Assembly: GCF_020745735.1 (NCBI RefSeq)
Contig: NC_083403.1
Coordinates: forward strand, 64,885,003 to 64,949,002
Source of the DNA: Hemiscyllium ocellatum
Taxonomy: Eukaryota
Direction: 5' to 3'
Length of the DNA: 64,000 nucleotides
Shown here in pieces: positions 10,433 through 24,081 of this stretch. A model generated the notes under the pieces. That model did not search any database. It saw only the letters and a program-made list of their open reading frames with translations, and was not told the DNA's origin. Each line of letters begins with the position of its first letter. Position 1 is the stretch's first letter. A program made the position numbers and the translations under genes.

Positions 10433-12319
10433 TATGCATTAAGATACTCATCAGAAAGCTGTCAAAAGCAAAACCACTGTCAACTCTGAGAGGATGTTGT
10501 AAGATTCCTGTAAAAGTTAAATTCCACACCTGAACTCCTACTAATGCAAGGAAATATATTTGCATTTTATTGCATTCATAACATTCTCTGTTATTACAGA
10601 TATTGAACAGGTTTTTAATGTCTATAGCTCTATTATGAGAGGTTTCTTTTTTTCCCACAAATTCCACTGAATGTCTCAATAACATTACACTCAAAGCAAA
10701 ATCTGAAGATTTTCTTTCAACTTCCCTTCTCTTTTGAAAATTAACATTACAACACAAGTATCATTTAATAGTTCCCAAAGTCAGATTTGCTGCGAACCTC
10801 TGGCTATATCAATTCAATTCTACCTTGTTATTTTTTACATCAAAATGGGAGCTTCCAGTAGCCTTCTGGACCCCACACAAATGGGGGTCAGAAACTTATA
10901 CAGCGTGGGAAACAATCAATTATCTTGAATTTCCTAGAATTGGCAAATTGGAGGGCAAGAACAAAATAGTGACTGGGATCACAAAGCCCTTCTCTTTGAA
11001 AATAGCAGCAAAGTGTCATGGCAGGTGTATGAGGGAGAAATAACACCAAAACATCTCTTTAAGCATTTCAAATGTCAAATTAAAAATGGATTTCACAGCC
11101 AGGTTCTGTTTATTGGCAGAGAGTCCTCTCTTCAGGCTGTGCTGAATAATATCCTATTTCTAATAACATCAATTAGATGAGCTCTCATTCTACATAGAAA
11201 ACACTCAAAATATTCAGTTCTAAAGGGATCACAATTTCTGGCTGTACCCAGTTTGAGAAAGAAATATCCTTTTTGACTTTGCACAACTAATTTTTAAATT
11301 AATCTATTTATTTCTAAACTTTGGTTCCCTACTTTCTTGACTGCATATCACAGATAACACATTATAACTTTTGGAACTATTGTTATCAAACTTTAGGGTC
11401 TTATGTATGGATATAGGGATCAAGAAGTGCCCTCATATTATCGATGTCTCTGGTTTGGATACAGAAGGTAGGTGACCAAAGGGGCAAACATCAGATGCCA
11501 GGATTCATTTCCCTAACACTAGGTTGTGACGATTCCCCCATCTCGAATGATGGGTGTCTCTTTCCTCTGGCTTATTCCTTCCTTGCTATCTTCTACTTTT
11601 TTGCTTTCCCTTTCCTTTACATCCTTCCCTTTTGGTTCTGCAATGCAATTTTCCTGCCATCCTTTGCTGACTTATACTCTACCTTGGTGCTTATGACACA
11701 TACAATTACAGCAACAGATTATTTTTTTCTCAAAAGAATCCCCAGTTCTCCTTTCACCTGTATCCACCTTGTGGTTACATCTTATTAAGCAGCTCCCCCT
11801 TCTCCCACCATTGCCTTTAATGGTAATAAAAATTCCTTGAACTTTAATTTTTACCCCCTCATCAGAAACACTTTGATTGTTTTAAAACCAGCTTTTCTCT
11901 GAATTATGTGTCACTGTCATGATAAATATTTTCTTACTCTTCAGACCATATTAATCATTTTGGCAAGTTGGTGGAATGGGTCCATTCTTCATGCATTTTG
12001 CACCATGCATCCCCTCATGGTACTTTTTCCAGATGTAACAAGATCAATTCTGCGTGCTTATACTGGCCACACATTCCTGACTTACAGCTGATCTTATTTA
12101 AAGTGGAGGGGGTGAGAGGGTACGTATCCTTCCCCTTTCGGCCCCGTTATTTTGGATGATAAAAATTGTCCAACTTTATATTGTTCATTCTCTGAAAGCA
12201 ACAGTCTTGAGCTTACTCTATACACTGCAGAATTTACAAAACACTTAGCAATACCTGCCCTGGATTACAGGATGCATCTTAGCAAGACCAGGTAGGTAAT
12301 ATCATGCCTACAGATCATA

Positions 12320-12855
12320 GAATTTACTGAGGATCAGAGGGGCCTTGGTGTGCACATAAACACATATGGGAAAGAAAGTAGATAGGGTGGTTAAGAAGGT
12401 ATATGAGATACATATTTTTATTAGCCAAGACATAAAATACAGGGTCAAGGAAGGTATGCTGGAACTGGAAAAGAAAATGTTTAGGCCACAATTGGAGTAT
12501 TGTAGGCAGTTCACTTATTTTGTTCACTACATTATGGGAAAGATATGATTACACAAGAGAGGGTGCAGCAGAGATTTACCAGGATGTGAACTAGGCTGGA
12601 GGGTCTGAGCTATGAGGAAAACCTAGAGAGGCTGGAGTTATCTTCTTTGCAGCAGTGAAGATCGAGGTGAGATCTGAAAGACGTGTATAAGATTGTAAGA
12701 GGCATAAATAGCTGGATACAACAGCAGTTTTTCTATTAATAGAAGGGTCCCTGAACTTAGTTTTAAGGTAAGAAATAGAGGGCTAATGTGAGAGTCGAGG
12801 TGAATTGTTTTTCACCAGAGGGCAGAGGGAACCTGGAACTCACAATTGAAAGGTT
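12320..12855 (+). mobile_element. Degraded CR1 fragment
   Basis: Peptide VDRVVKKVY..FRPQLEYC. Confidence 0.65.
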
Positions 12856-12864
12856 GGTTTTTAA

Positions 12865-14150
12865 ATTCACTCACGAATGTGGGAGATACTGGTCAGGAAA
12901 AGTTTATTAATCATCTGTAGTTGTCCTTGAGAAGGTCGCTGTGAACTGCTTTCTTGAACCACTGCAGTTCATGTGCTGTTGACATTTCCACATTGCTGTT
13001 AGGGAGGGAATTCCAGGAATTTGATCCTGAGACACTGAAAAAGTGGCGACATATTTCCAAGTCAAGATGGTGAGTGGTTTGGAAGGAAACTTACTCGTGG
13101 TGGCGTTTCTATGTATCTGCCACCCTAATTCTTCCAGATTGGGATGGCATGGTGGCTCTATGGCTAGCCCTGCCACCTGATAGCACCAGGGTGTCCAGGC
13201 TTGGTTCCAGCCATGGGTAACTGCCTGCACGGAGTTTGCATATTCAATTGGGTCTGTGTGGGTTTCCTCTAAGTCCTCGGGTTTTCTCCCACAATCCAAA
13301 GATGTGCAGTTTAGTTGGATTGGCCATGCTACGTTGTCCTGTAATTTTCAAAAATGTGCAGGCTGAGTGGATCAGCCATGGTAAATGTGAGGTTATGGGG
13401 ATATGGTAGGGGTCTGAGTCTGGGTGTGATGCTGATTGGAGGGGCAGTGTAGAGTCAATGGGCCAAATGGCCCCCTCTGCACCCTAGGGATTCTATCCTC
13501 TGAGTCTATGAAATAATAGTGGGTTTGGAAGGTATTGTTCCATGATTTTTGGTGAATTTCTGCAGTGCATCTTGTGGGTAGTACATATTGCTGCTACTGA
13601 GCATTGGTTATAGAGGGAGTGGGTGTTTGTGGATGTGGTGCCAATCCAGTGGGCTGCTTTTTCCTGAATGGTGTCAAGCTACTTGTCTGGTGCTATAGTT
13701 ACACTCATCAGACAAGTGGGGAGCATTCCATCACACTCCTGACTTGTGCCTTGCAGATTGCAGACACGAGGTGAGTTACTAACTGAAGGATCCCCAGCCT
13801 CTGACTTGCTCTGTTAGCCACAATATTTATATGGTGAGTCCCCAAGACTCACCAACCTATCTCCAGGATGTTGATGGTTGGGGATTCAGTGATGGTAATC
13901 ATAGAGTCATAGAGATGTACAGAACAGAAACAGACCCTTCGGTCCAACATGTCCATACCGACCAGATATCCTAACCTAATCTAGTCACATTCACCAATGG
14001 GCCATTTTCCTCTAAACCCTTCCTATACCCATCCAGATGCCTCTTAAGTGTTGTAATTGTACCAGACTCCACCACTTCCATTGAATGTAAAGGTGCATTT
14101 GTTAGGTTGTCACTTCTTGGAGATTGTCATTGCCTGAAATATGCTTGTCA
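12865..14150 (-). mobile_element. Old CR1/L2-group LINE 3' fragment hosting a SINE (13141-13510) and a young CR1 tail (13899-14079)
   Basis: Shares sequence with copies at ~45900-46630, ~48370-49270, ~31760-32070 and ~53520-53940. Confidence 0.55.
13141..13510 (+). mobile_element. HE1/V-SINE-type SINE (older)
   Basis: ggagtttgca..gggtttcctc..ccaaagatgtgcag core. Confidence 0.8.
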
Positions 14151-15949
14151 CAAACGTAACTTAATTCAGCAAGCCATGGGCTGAGGAGGTTCACAGTTAA
14201 GTCAGAAACTCTCATAACATTGGGGCAGTATTTAGATATTCACTCATCTTGCTATAATCTCCTGGGTTACATGCCAAAAATTGGTAAATGGGACTTCTGT
14301 CATCAGATCTTCATTAATGGGTGTAAGTACAATGGACCGATAGCCTTTGTCTGTGTATGGCTATGAGTTAATAAAAGATAGAAAAGTGAGATCTCATATC
14401 CTATGGGAAGGATGTGGATTTGTGGACCAGGGTGGTGGTTCGCAAATGACAATCATTCTGATCTCAACACGGGGAGGCAGTTTGACCATTAAAGGCCTGG
14501 TAATTCACAAAGCCATGGACTCAGGAGGTAAATGGAAAACATTACCAGTTATGCAAAGGGAATGAATAGTAATAGGAGAGGCTGAAAGACCATTGAGGAC
14601 ACAGGGACAGCAGATAAACATGAAGGATGAAGGTGGTGAGGGTGTCCATTCTACATTTCAGTCACAGCCTGCAAGTCACTTACAAGAATACAAAGTTGAT
14701 ATCTTACCATCTTCCATCCAAACTGAGTAAGAATGAGAAAAATTGATTTTTTTTTGCTTGGGGAAATCCAGACAACTTGGAAAAATGCTTTTCTCATTTC
14801 ACCGAAGTTCTTCTTGAAATTAGATGTGCGAAAATATTTCGCCTGGAGAAAGGATTTAGTTCTGAAATGATTAAGAAATAGATTATTTCAATGTAAAGGT
14901 TTCGGTTGAAAATTTCAGATCAGATTGTTTGGGTAGACATCAATGGGGATTTTTCAAAGTTGAGAAAATGCAAGTAAATACTTTGCGAAATAGTTTGACA
15001 TAGTCAAACTCTCAAGACCAGGCATGAAAACAAATAGTGAAGCCAAATCCAGAGTTGTGACAGAAGATGGAATTCTCTCTTTTGGGATGGATGGGATATT
15101 ATATGCTGTACTGTGCATTGCAATCTTTCACATTTTATTAAATAGCTTGGTTCATTCTATTTTATCTCAGTCCAAACCTACCTTAAAAAAAACACAACAC
15201 TGCAGATGCTGGAAAAGTGTAATGTAAACAAGTGCATGAAGACTCAGCAGCTCTGGATGTGGAGGAAGAAACAAAGTTAAATTTTCAAATTCAATATAAA
15301 TCTTCCTAGGAAATGAAGAAAGGTAGAAATGTTAGGGGTTTTATACGGTCAAAAATGTTGGGGAGAAGCAAGTCAAACAGAAAAGAAGATCAGTGGAAGG
15401 TTAAGAGGGTGAGCAAGATTAGAGATCACAGGTGTTGCAGAAAACAGGCTGTAGAGATGGGAGATAGATCCAGAGTATGTGTTCACAGTAAGTGTTAGTA
15501 GCAGAAATTAGTAACTTCTGCTTTTTATAATTTAGCATACAAATTTGAAATGAAGGAGCTTCCCTGTGCATTCCACCAGATGGGGCTGTAACCCAATCAT
15601 GCATTTAGATTGAATTGTTGAGAGAAAATAAAATGGAGACTATAATGCCAACTGTATTAATTTTATAGGTAAATTCTAACACTACCTCCACATGAGCAAT
15701 TCCGCATCTGAATGTTATTGAGACAAGCAAAAACACAAATAGCCAGAGAAATTCTGTATCTGTGCAGAGGAAACAGAGTTAATGTTTTGACTCCCGTGAC
15801 TCTGATATTAAGCATCCCCAGTTTTTTTTCTTCCATCCAAATGCCCATTTCTCAGTCCAAACATTTATATCTTGTTGCAGTTAATGCCTCATCTTATGAA
15901 AGCATTACGAATTAAATTAAATCCGTATGGATCTCAAGCTAATGAAGCC

Positions 15950-17000
15950 AGGCAGAAATAAAATTATGAAAATGGTGGAGAAACTCAATAGGTTCTGACA
16001 GCATCTATGTAGAGAGAGAAAAACAGAATTAAAATTTCACATGTGGACTTTCAACAAACTGGAGATGTTCGAAATGTAATGGGTTCGGTCGGGGACGGGG
16101 TAATCTCAAACAGATGGTCTGTGATAGGGTGGAAGATGGGAAAAACTGAATGGTTAGTTCTTCAGGAATAAGGGAATAAGGAAAACAACATACAAGAAGA
16201 CAAAACAACAGTAGCTATATAGTTAACTGAAAATGAAACGAAACTGAAACTAGTGAGAAAAAGGAAACAAAATATGTGACAGAATTTCTGAAATTGTTGA
16301 AACTCAGTGGAAGGGTACAATAGGGGTATAGACAGAAATGTCAGCATGACAGCAAGCTGGAGAGTTAAATACAGGCCACTGGTGTTGAGTAGAGTGGTCA
16401 ATCAATCAGTGTTTAGTCTCCCAATGTTGAGGAAACCATATTATGAACAACAAAATCAATAAACTAGTTTGGAAAAAGTGCATGTAAATTGCCATGGGTC
16501 TGGAAGAGTGTTTCAAGCTTTGGATAATGAGGAGAGAAAAGTAAAGGGACAGGCGTCTTGTACTTGACATGGGAAAGGAATAGGGTGTTAACACTGACTC
16601 AGAAATGGACAAGGCAATGACTGAGCGAATGGCCTTTTCGGAATACTGAAAGGGGAGGGGAAAATGTGTTTGGTGTGGCATCATACTAAACTTAATGGAC
16701 AATGATTTGTTGAACACAGAGATGGTGTGATGATGGAGGAACTATCTTATGGTGCTTGGGGAGGAGGCGAGAGTGTGAAAGCAAAAATATAGCAGACATA
16801 GTTTAGGTCCGTGTCAACCACAATGGGGAGTAAAATCCTTGGTTAAGGATAAAAAGGATATATCTGAGAAGCAATGCAGTGAAAGTTAATGTCATCAGAA
16901 TAGATTTGACCAGGATATAGGAACTGGGGAGATGGGAGGGATGGGAGGATGTTTCGATGTGATAGTTGTGGGACTCAGTGCACTTACAATGAATATTAAT
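15950..17000 (-). mobile_element. Degraded older PLE-like fragment
   Basis: Terminus (ggagaaactcaataggttctgacagcatc..) resembles the 24893 family; no intact ORF. Confidence 0.4.
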
Positions 17001-17433
17001 TGATAGCTGATTTGTCAGAAATGGAGGATAGCATTTTCTCAGGAGTGGCAATCTCAAAAAAAGGAAGGGAGCTCCAAGTTTCTGAGAGAATATTCTGTCA
17101 GGGCTCTTTGAGAATTGTAGAGTTGTACTTTCATTTGGACAGTTTTTTTGTCACGCCGGCTGTTGGGAGATGGCAGACCACCCTCCTGTTTTCGCAGCAG
17201 TCAGCTGCCATCTTCTGAAATGGAACAGTCCAGAACCACAGGCAACCACGTTGTCAGTTGTTGGCACAAAGTAAGTACATAAGGTAAGTGTAAGGTGAGG
17301 GAGTTGTGAGGGTCGGGGACCAGGTGGGTCGGGGATGTAGGGTACTTGGTAAGTAGATTGTCAGATGGGTTGGGGGTAGAGTGATAACAATTATGTTAAG
17401 GTGGGTAGGATGGCAAGTTGGTAGGGGTAGGAT

Positions 17434-17562
17434 GTCCTGATGAAGGGCTTTTTCCCGAAACGTTGATTTCGCTGCTCGTTGGATGCTGCCTGAACTGCTG
17501 TGCTCTTCCAGCACCACTGATCCAGAATCTGGTTTCCAGCATCTGCAGTCATTGTTTTTACC
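17434..17562 (+). mobile_element. PLE terminus with hammerhead core
   Basis: CTGATGA(17437-17443)-A-GGG(cttttt)CCC-GAAA-CGTT followed by the ...ccagcatctgcagtcattgtttttac terminus. Confidence 0.75.
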
Positions 17563-19269
17563 TAGGTGAAAAAGAGTGCCAAGTGTATGCCAAATGCATA
17601 GAAGGTGAAATGGGTAAGGAGGTGGGGATGTGAGGGATGAATACCAGATGGGTGAATGCCAAGTTGGGAGGCATTGCTAATCAGGTGGGTACGATGCCAG
17701 GAGTAAAGCAGCAAGGGGGTCAGGTAAACGATACTGCATTTGAATGGGTGGAGCTATGGGTCTGATAAGATTGTAGTAGGGTGGGTATTGGGTCCTGGGG
17801 TAGAATGTGGTAGTGGGAGTAGAGGGATAGTGGGATCAGTTGGGCTCCAGGGTGCCAGATGTGGTGACAGTGATACTGTAGCTCTGTGTCCCAGGAGATG
17901 GATGGAGTCTTTGGCTGTGTGTGTGTTTAGACGCAGGAAGATCTGAAGCGGGGGAAGGGGGGACCTGTCAAAGGTAAATTGGGTCTGAAGCATGGGGTGG
18001 GTGGTGGTGAAGAACCAGAATTGGGTCCAATGCAGGAAAAGGAGCAGGGGAATGTGGAGGGGGGCGGGATTCTGGTCCGGAGCAAGTGAAGAAGGTTTCA
18101 CATATTGGGGAGTGGGTTTTGGGGGGGGAAAGTGGTGTGAGGTTCAGGTCTTGAGCATTGGATCAGAGGATCATGAGTGCAGAAAGATGGGTGTTGGACA
18201 AGGTCTTGGGGTTCTGGGGTTGAAGTATTTGGGAGTGTTTAAGATAGGTATGGAGTCCATTGAATAGTCTTTTCAGGATTTCAACAATGTCTTTAATATC
18301 CTAAACAATATTGAGTAACTCTTTACTTAATTTAATTTAATCATTCCTCAACTGTTTTCTAAGTACACGCTAACTGCATTTGCTCCATATCCTGTTAAAA
18401 TTTTCTAGTATTCCCATTTCAAATGCAAAATATTTCTTTGTTTTTGGTGTTGGAAAAGCGAAAAGATGTCACATTTTGTCGATCACTTTTCCCCTACACC
18501 ACATGTAGAACTGAAGTGATGGGCACTTAAATGGTATTTGTTTCTCTACAGTGAAAAGTGAAACAAAACAGGGAAACATTGTCATTAGTTATTTTTGTAG
18601 TTGCAGACTCTGGCCTCTGAGGCAAGCTTTATTCCCTACTTCAGTGAACTTTTTCATCTTTCAGTATCTGACAATCATTGCCTCTGCACTTACCTTACAA
18701 ACCAGAATCCTCACTTAACAATCAATGGTTACCATAAAATGATTCCAATTAGTTTAAGTGAATGACTCGTTATTTTCATAGGACCAGAGTCCACATAATT
18801 GTCAATGATAGTCAGCTTTGCCTGTCTCTACCCAACCATTGCCTCGGCTTTTGTGCAATATTTGTTCTGGATAAGCCATGAAATCCCCCTCCTGGGAAAT
18901 CAATGTATCCATTTCCTGCCAAACCATCTGTACCTTTGGTATCCATTTAATCCCCAAACCCCTTGTTTGCAGCACTGGCATCCAATATGATCCTGTTCTG
19001 AGCTTCCAACTCCATGTATTTTCCATCATAATTCCATCTTGCAACATGTGTTGCCTCTGCCATTTTACTCACTTGCTGAAGAATCCCTCAATGCTGCCTT
19101 TGTGGTTCCAGTATTCTCTTAAAGGTTCTTCTAAAAACTTTAGCTCATCCAAATTACTGCTACCAGTATCCAAGCCCTGTATCCAGTCCCACTTAGCAAT
19201 CACCCCTGCAATCATTGACTTAGGAGACCCACATGCTTCAATTTTAACGTTTTTTTCCTCATGTTCATT

Positions 19270-19447
19270 CCAAAGATGTGCAAGTCAGGTGAATTGTCTA
19301 GCTAAATTGTCCATAGTGTTAGGTGCATTAGTCGGGGGGGGGGGGGGGGGGGTGGGGGTGAGTTACTCTTCACAGGGTTGGTATGGACTTGTTGGGCTGA
19401 AGGGCGTGTTTCCACACTGTAGGGAACCTAATCTAATCTAATCTAAT
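19270..19447 (+). mobile_element. 3' part of HE1-type SINE with poly-G expansion
   Basis: ccaaagatgtgcaagtcaggtgaattg..(taatc)n tail. Confidence 0.7.
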
Positions 19448-20699
19448 TCATTCATAGCCTTGCTATTGACTATCTCTGTGAATTTTGCCAGCTTATCTCC
19501 AAGAACTCTGTAATATTCTCACTTTGCCCTTCGCAATACAGCATTTCACCTACAACAGGAAAGATAAATACAAACTCAAAACATAAATACTTTATACCCT
19601 ATTCCCTTGGCCTCAACAATGGTAACTGTGCCTTCAGCCACCCAGGCTTTAATCTCTGCAATTCTCTCTCTGATACTTCATAAACTTTTTTTTTTGTCTG
19701 GACCCTGATAAGTTTTTTTTTCTGAATTAAAGGAACAGGATATATGCAAACTGTTGCTGCTGACTCCCTCACACTCTGTCAGCTGCAAATGTCTAACATG
19801 CGAATGTGATTGCTTCACCCGCTGGAATACACAGCTACCCAAAATAGGAAATTTTCTGCCGTGGAAAATATTTCACGTCTCAAATGCTAAAGATTTGCTG
19901 CACTAGAGTGAAGTAGAGCTAAATATGGTGCTTTGTCTTGAGAAAATGCTGTTTTGACAATTTGATTTCTCTCCCATCCTGTCCCATCAACAGAGCTCAG
20001 CCTCATGGTGAAGTAGACCCTTTATGATAACATAGAGGGAAGCTGACATCTTCAACTTTTTTACCTGGACAAATATTGGGTTTTGATAGTGTTAACAATG
20101 TGCATCAACTTCCAATTCCTACAAAGCAGAATGCGCAGTCGCTGGTGATGGTGGTGATGGGAAGGGGGATTGAGAGAATAGTTGCATTTCCAGGCACATA
20201 AGACCCCATCACCACTCACCAAAGTGAATGTACTTTCCACCAAAATATTTTTTGAGACTGTTGGTGAACAGTGCTGAATTTAACCACTCCTATAAAAGTC
20301 AGCTAATTAAGCCACTTGAGCCTGTTCCATTATTTGATCAGAACATGACCTCTAGCATCGTTCCATAATCTGTTCACATATTTGTACCTCTATCTCACAG
20401 TACATGTAACAATAATGCTAATTCAATTCAATATTATTTCACAAAGTAGACTAACATGTGGTACTTTATCAAATGCCTTCTGGAAATCCAAATTTATTCG
20501 ATCCACTTCTCCTTTATCCATCTTGCTTGTCACTCCCTCAAAGAATCCTAATAAATTTGGAAGGCATAATTTTCCCTTCTGCAAGATCTAAATTTAAATC
20601 CTGTCAGAGGGAAGAGCAAAATGTTTTCAAGGTGGATATGTTTGTAAGAGAAGTCACAGTGTCTTAAACAATCAAATAGAAGGAAACTACTGGGGATGT

Positions 20700-21255
20700 C
20701 AAACACACAAATAACCTACTGGAGAAACTCAGCATGTGGAGAGAAAAATAGAGTTAATACTTTGATTCCAATGACACTGCTTCAGAACTGAAGACAGCTG
20801 GAAATTTTGGCTTTTATGTAGAAGTGCAGGGAAATAGATCAGACATTGTCCTGGACACTACATGAGATAGAATCCTTGGCTGAGGGAAAGCGAGGACATA
20901 TCATAGGCCCACTTCCAGTATGGATGCGATTGAGCCATATAATCTGGGAAAATGGAATTTCTTATTGGACAGAGGGTGTGAGGAGATGCAGTCATTGTAA
21001 ATGTGGGAGTTTGTAATGAATATTGGTGGACAGCCTATCTTGAGGAACGGTCAAGGAACGGAAGGGAAGAGTCAGAGTTGGAGCAGGTGAAGGTGAGGGA
21101 AAGATGGAAATTGACAGCAAAATTGTTGGAGGTTTCAATTTCTGTATAAGAACAAAAAGCAGCATTGATGATATCAATAATATACCAGAGAAAGTCTGGT
21201 GAGAAGCACTGGAAGAGGAAATGTTCCACTACCCCACAAAAAGACAGGCATTACT
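20700..21255 (-). mobile_element. Degraded PLE-like fragment with RT remnants
   Basis: Minus-strand peptides LTFT..SDSSLPFLD and LSTNIHYK resemble PLE RT motifs; terminus similar to the 24893 family. Confidence 0.5.
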
Positions 21256-21329
21256 TGGACACATATATTCACAGAAGAAGGCAGAAATACTTTCCAGAAA
21301 TACTAGGGAAGCAATGCTCACTTGGAAAG

Positions 21330-22680
21330 GAAGGATTGAAGGAAATTAATATTAATTAAAGAAAATTGTCTGGAGAAGTTAAAGAGACTAAAAACTGATA
21401 ATTTTCCTGGGCCTGAAAATCTATACAGAGGAACCACGATTATCCGAATGTCAATTATCCAAATTTTGGATTGTCTGAAGAAGACCTCAAGACAGGGATA
21501 GAAACATTACATCAAAGAGGTGTTACCAACACTGGTCACGTTTTTTTTGTGTGTGTGAGCTATTTTGAGACACCCCTCCAAAGGCAGCAGCAATCTTGTT
21601 GTTGGTGTCCAGTCCGGCTGCGTCTCCATTCTGGGGCAGGATGGGGAGGCTTGCCACCGGGAGGGGGGCGCCCAGAGGTGGTGATGCAGGAGGGAGCATG
21701 CGGGGGTGGAGGGATATGCCAGAGGGCATGTGCAGGGGGGGGCGGTGCGGGTGGGTAGCGTGGTGTGCTGCTGCCTAGTCTTCTGAACAGGGAGGTGACA
21801 TAGCAAGTGCTCACTCTGTGAATCCCATTGAAATGAAGCAGGGGCAGCGAGAGGCTTCAGCAATGCCACAGGTCCCTTGCACACAAGTGTGTGTCTGCTC
21901 AGAAACAAACCCTAAGACAGAGAGAGGGAGCAAAACAGGCAGAGCAAGGAAAAAGGGAACTTTAGAAAACTCCAAGTCCCAGAGAAGAGACATTGAATCA
22001 GTTATCAGAATAATCAATTATCCAAATGAAACCCTGCCCACCTATCTCATTCAGCTAATTGAGGTTCCTCTGTACATCTCAGTATTAAAAGATGTGATTG
22101 TGGAATTAGGGATCTGTTAGTTATTGTCTTCTAATATCCAGTAGACTCTGGGACAGTCCTGGCAATGGGGGGTGACAAATGTAACCATACTATTTGAAAA
22201 CAGGGGAAGATAGAAAACTGGGAATATCAGAAATATTAGCCCAATTTCAGCAGTTAGGAAAATGCTGAAGTCTATCATAAAGGATGTGGTAACAGGACAC
22301 TTCGAAAATAATAATGGGACTACACAAAATCAAAATGGATTTATCATGGAGAAATTGTTTTGACTACACCTATTGGAGTCTTCTGAGAACATGACAAGTA
22401 GAATAATAAGGGAGAACCTGTGGCTAAGGTGTATTTTAATTTTCAGAAAACGTTTGCCAGAGTGCCACATGAGAGCTGAGTATAACAGACCCTGGTGGTA
22501 ATATACTGGCATAGATAGAAAATGGCTTAGTAGACAGGCAACAGTGTGTAGAAATAAATGACTCCATTTCACAGTGAATAATGGTTACAAGTAGTCACCA
22601 CAGGGATCAATGCTTACTCTCCAGCTATTCACAATATATTTCAATAATTTAGATAAGGGAATCCAATGTAAAGTGTAGTT
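21330..22680 (+). mobile_element. CR1 RT fragment split by a MITE
   Basis: Degenerate KSPGPD..LHP.VLK, ANVT.LF.K, QNGF, CLT.LLE motifs on either side of the MITE. Confidence 0.65.
21426..22072. mobile_element. Non-autonomous Tc1/mariner (pogo/Tigger-like) DNA transposon (MITE)
   Basis: 25-bp TIRs cagaggaaccacgattatccgaatg vs (rc) cagaggaacctcaattagctgaatg, 21/25 identical, flanked by TA at 21424-21425 and 22073-22074. Confidence 0.8.
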
Positions 22681-23021
22681 TCAGATTCCATTTCAGAGTG
22701 CAGAACAACGGAAACTCTGCTGAAGGCAGTAAATATGTCCAGAAGGATGAGGAGAACAAGAATGATCATCAGAGTTACAGAGATTAATACTTCTAGGTTC
22801 AGGTCAGTTGACTTTAGTACTGTGGGCTTGATAAAAGTCACATTAAAGGAAATTAGATGAGAAAATTGATGAAGACACTTAACATGAAGCTGAAATGTGA
22901 CTAACATAAAAGTGACAGCACTCTCAAGGAAGCTTTGAGAAGGAAAGGTTACAACGGAACTTGTAGGAAGAACTAAGGAGTTGAACGATAGTTTTCAGAG
23001 GAGATTACATGGTTTTAATGG

Positions 23022-23046
23022 GAGAGAGAGATAGAGAGAGAGAGAG
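23022..23046. repeat. Imperfect (GA)n microsatellite
   Basis: Direct inspection. Confidence 0.9.
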
Positions 23047-23792
23047 GAGTATGTCAGCTAGTTGTGACTTGGAGCAGAAATTTGGACAGTCAGCACATAA
23101 GCACAATGTCACTGGCTGCTGACGAATCACGCATGTCAGAATCTATCGCAGGTACCCAATCCATCAACAGATCTTCTGACATGATTTCAGTGCAATTGAG
23201 TAAACTGCTCTATCCTACCTGCAGTAATGAGTCATTTATGTGTTTGTTTTAGCACGTCTTTGCTTTGTGTGCCTAGGCTTACTTTATTAGTTTTCAACTA
23301 CATCACTACAGTACAGGAGGGAGCTGTTCTGAATGAGATGTCTTTGTAGAAAGCAGGAAAATAAGTGAGAGCCAAGTTACATGGAGGAAGAGTGGAGGAG
23401 GATTTGAATTAGGATACAAGACAACGTTTGACATCCTAAGTCATATAGAATGATGGAACAGTTTTGGTGCAGGAGCTGACCATCTTGTCTGTGTGTCTCT
23501 GCCAATTCTCAGCAAGAGCAACTCATCCGACCCTAGTTCCTTGCCATTCCCAGCAGCTCTCTAAATGTTTCCTCTTCAGATAATTTTCCAGTTCTTTAAA
23601 TATATTGAACACCTTGGGGAGGTAATGATTTAAAATGGATGCTTTTTGTATCCTGTTAAATAGGGTTCGCAAAAACGTCAAAGTAGCAGCAGGGTATAAT
23701 GAGAAGTCTTAACTTCTGGTTTTAATGTCTAAGTATCATCCACGAGAAACATATCCAAGAAAATAAGTCATTGTTGATTAAAGTGTAACTTT

Positions 23793-24081
23793 GGTGGCTA
23801 GTACTGCTGCCTCACAGCGCCTGAGACCCGGGTTCAATTCCCGACTCAGGCGACTGACTGTGTGGAGTTTGCACGTTCTCCCCGTGTCTGCGTGGGTTTC
23901 CTCCGGGTGCTCCGGTTTCCTCCCACAGTTCAAAGATGTGCAGGTCAGCTGAATTGGCCATGCTAAATTGCCCGTAGTGTTCGGTAAGGGGTAAATGTAG
24001 GGGTAGGGTGGGCTGCGCTTCGGCGGGTCGGTATGGAGTTGTTGGGCCGAAGGGCCTGTTTCCACACTGTAAGTAATCTAA
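23793..24081 (+). mobile_element. HE1/V-SINE-type SINE (young)
   Basis: Nearly identical to the 10139 and 59432 copies. Confidence 0.9.

Noticed and set aside
14708-14722. Possible 15-nt minus-strand microexon (ttcttactcAG|tttggatggaagatg|GTaaga), faintly like NT5DC1 LDLEDG
   Set aside because: Flanking residues do not match NT5DC1 and no partner exons were found; splice-like motifs occur by chance
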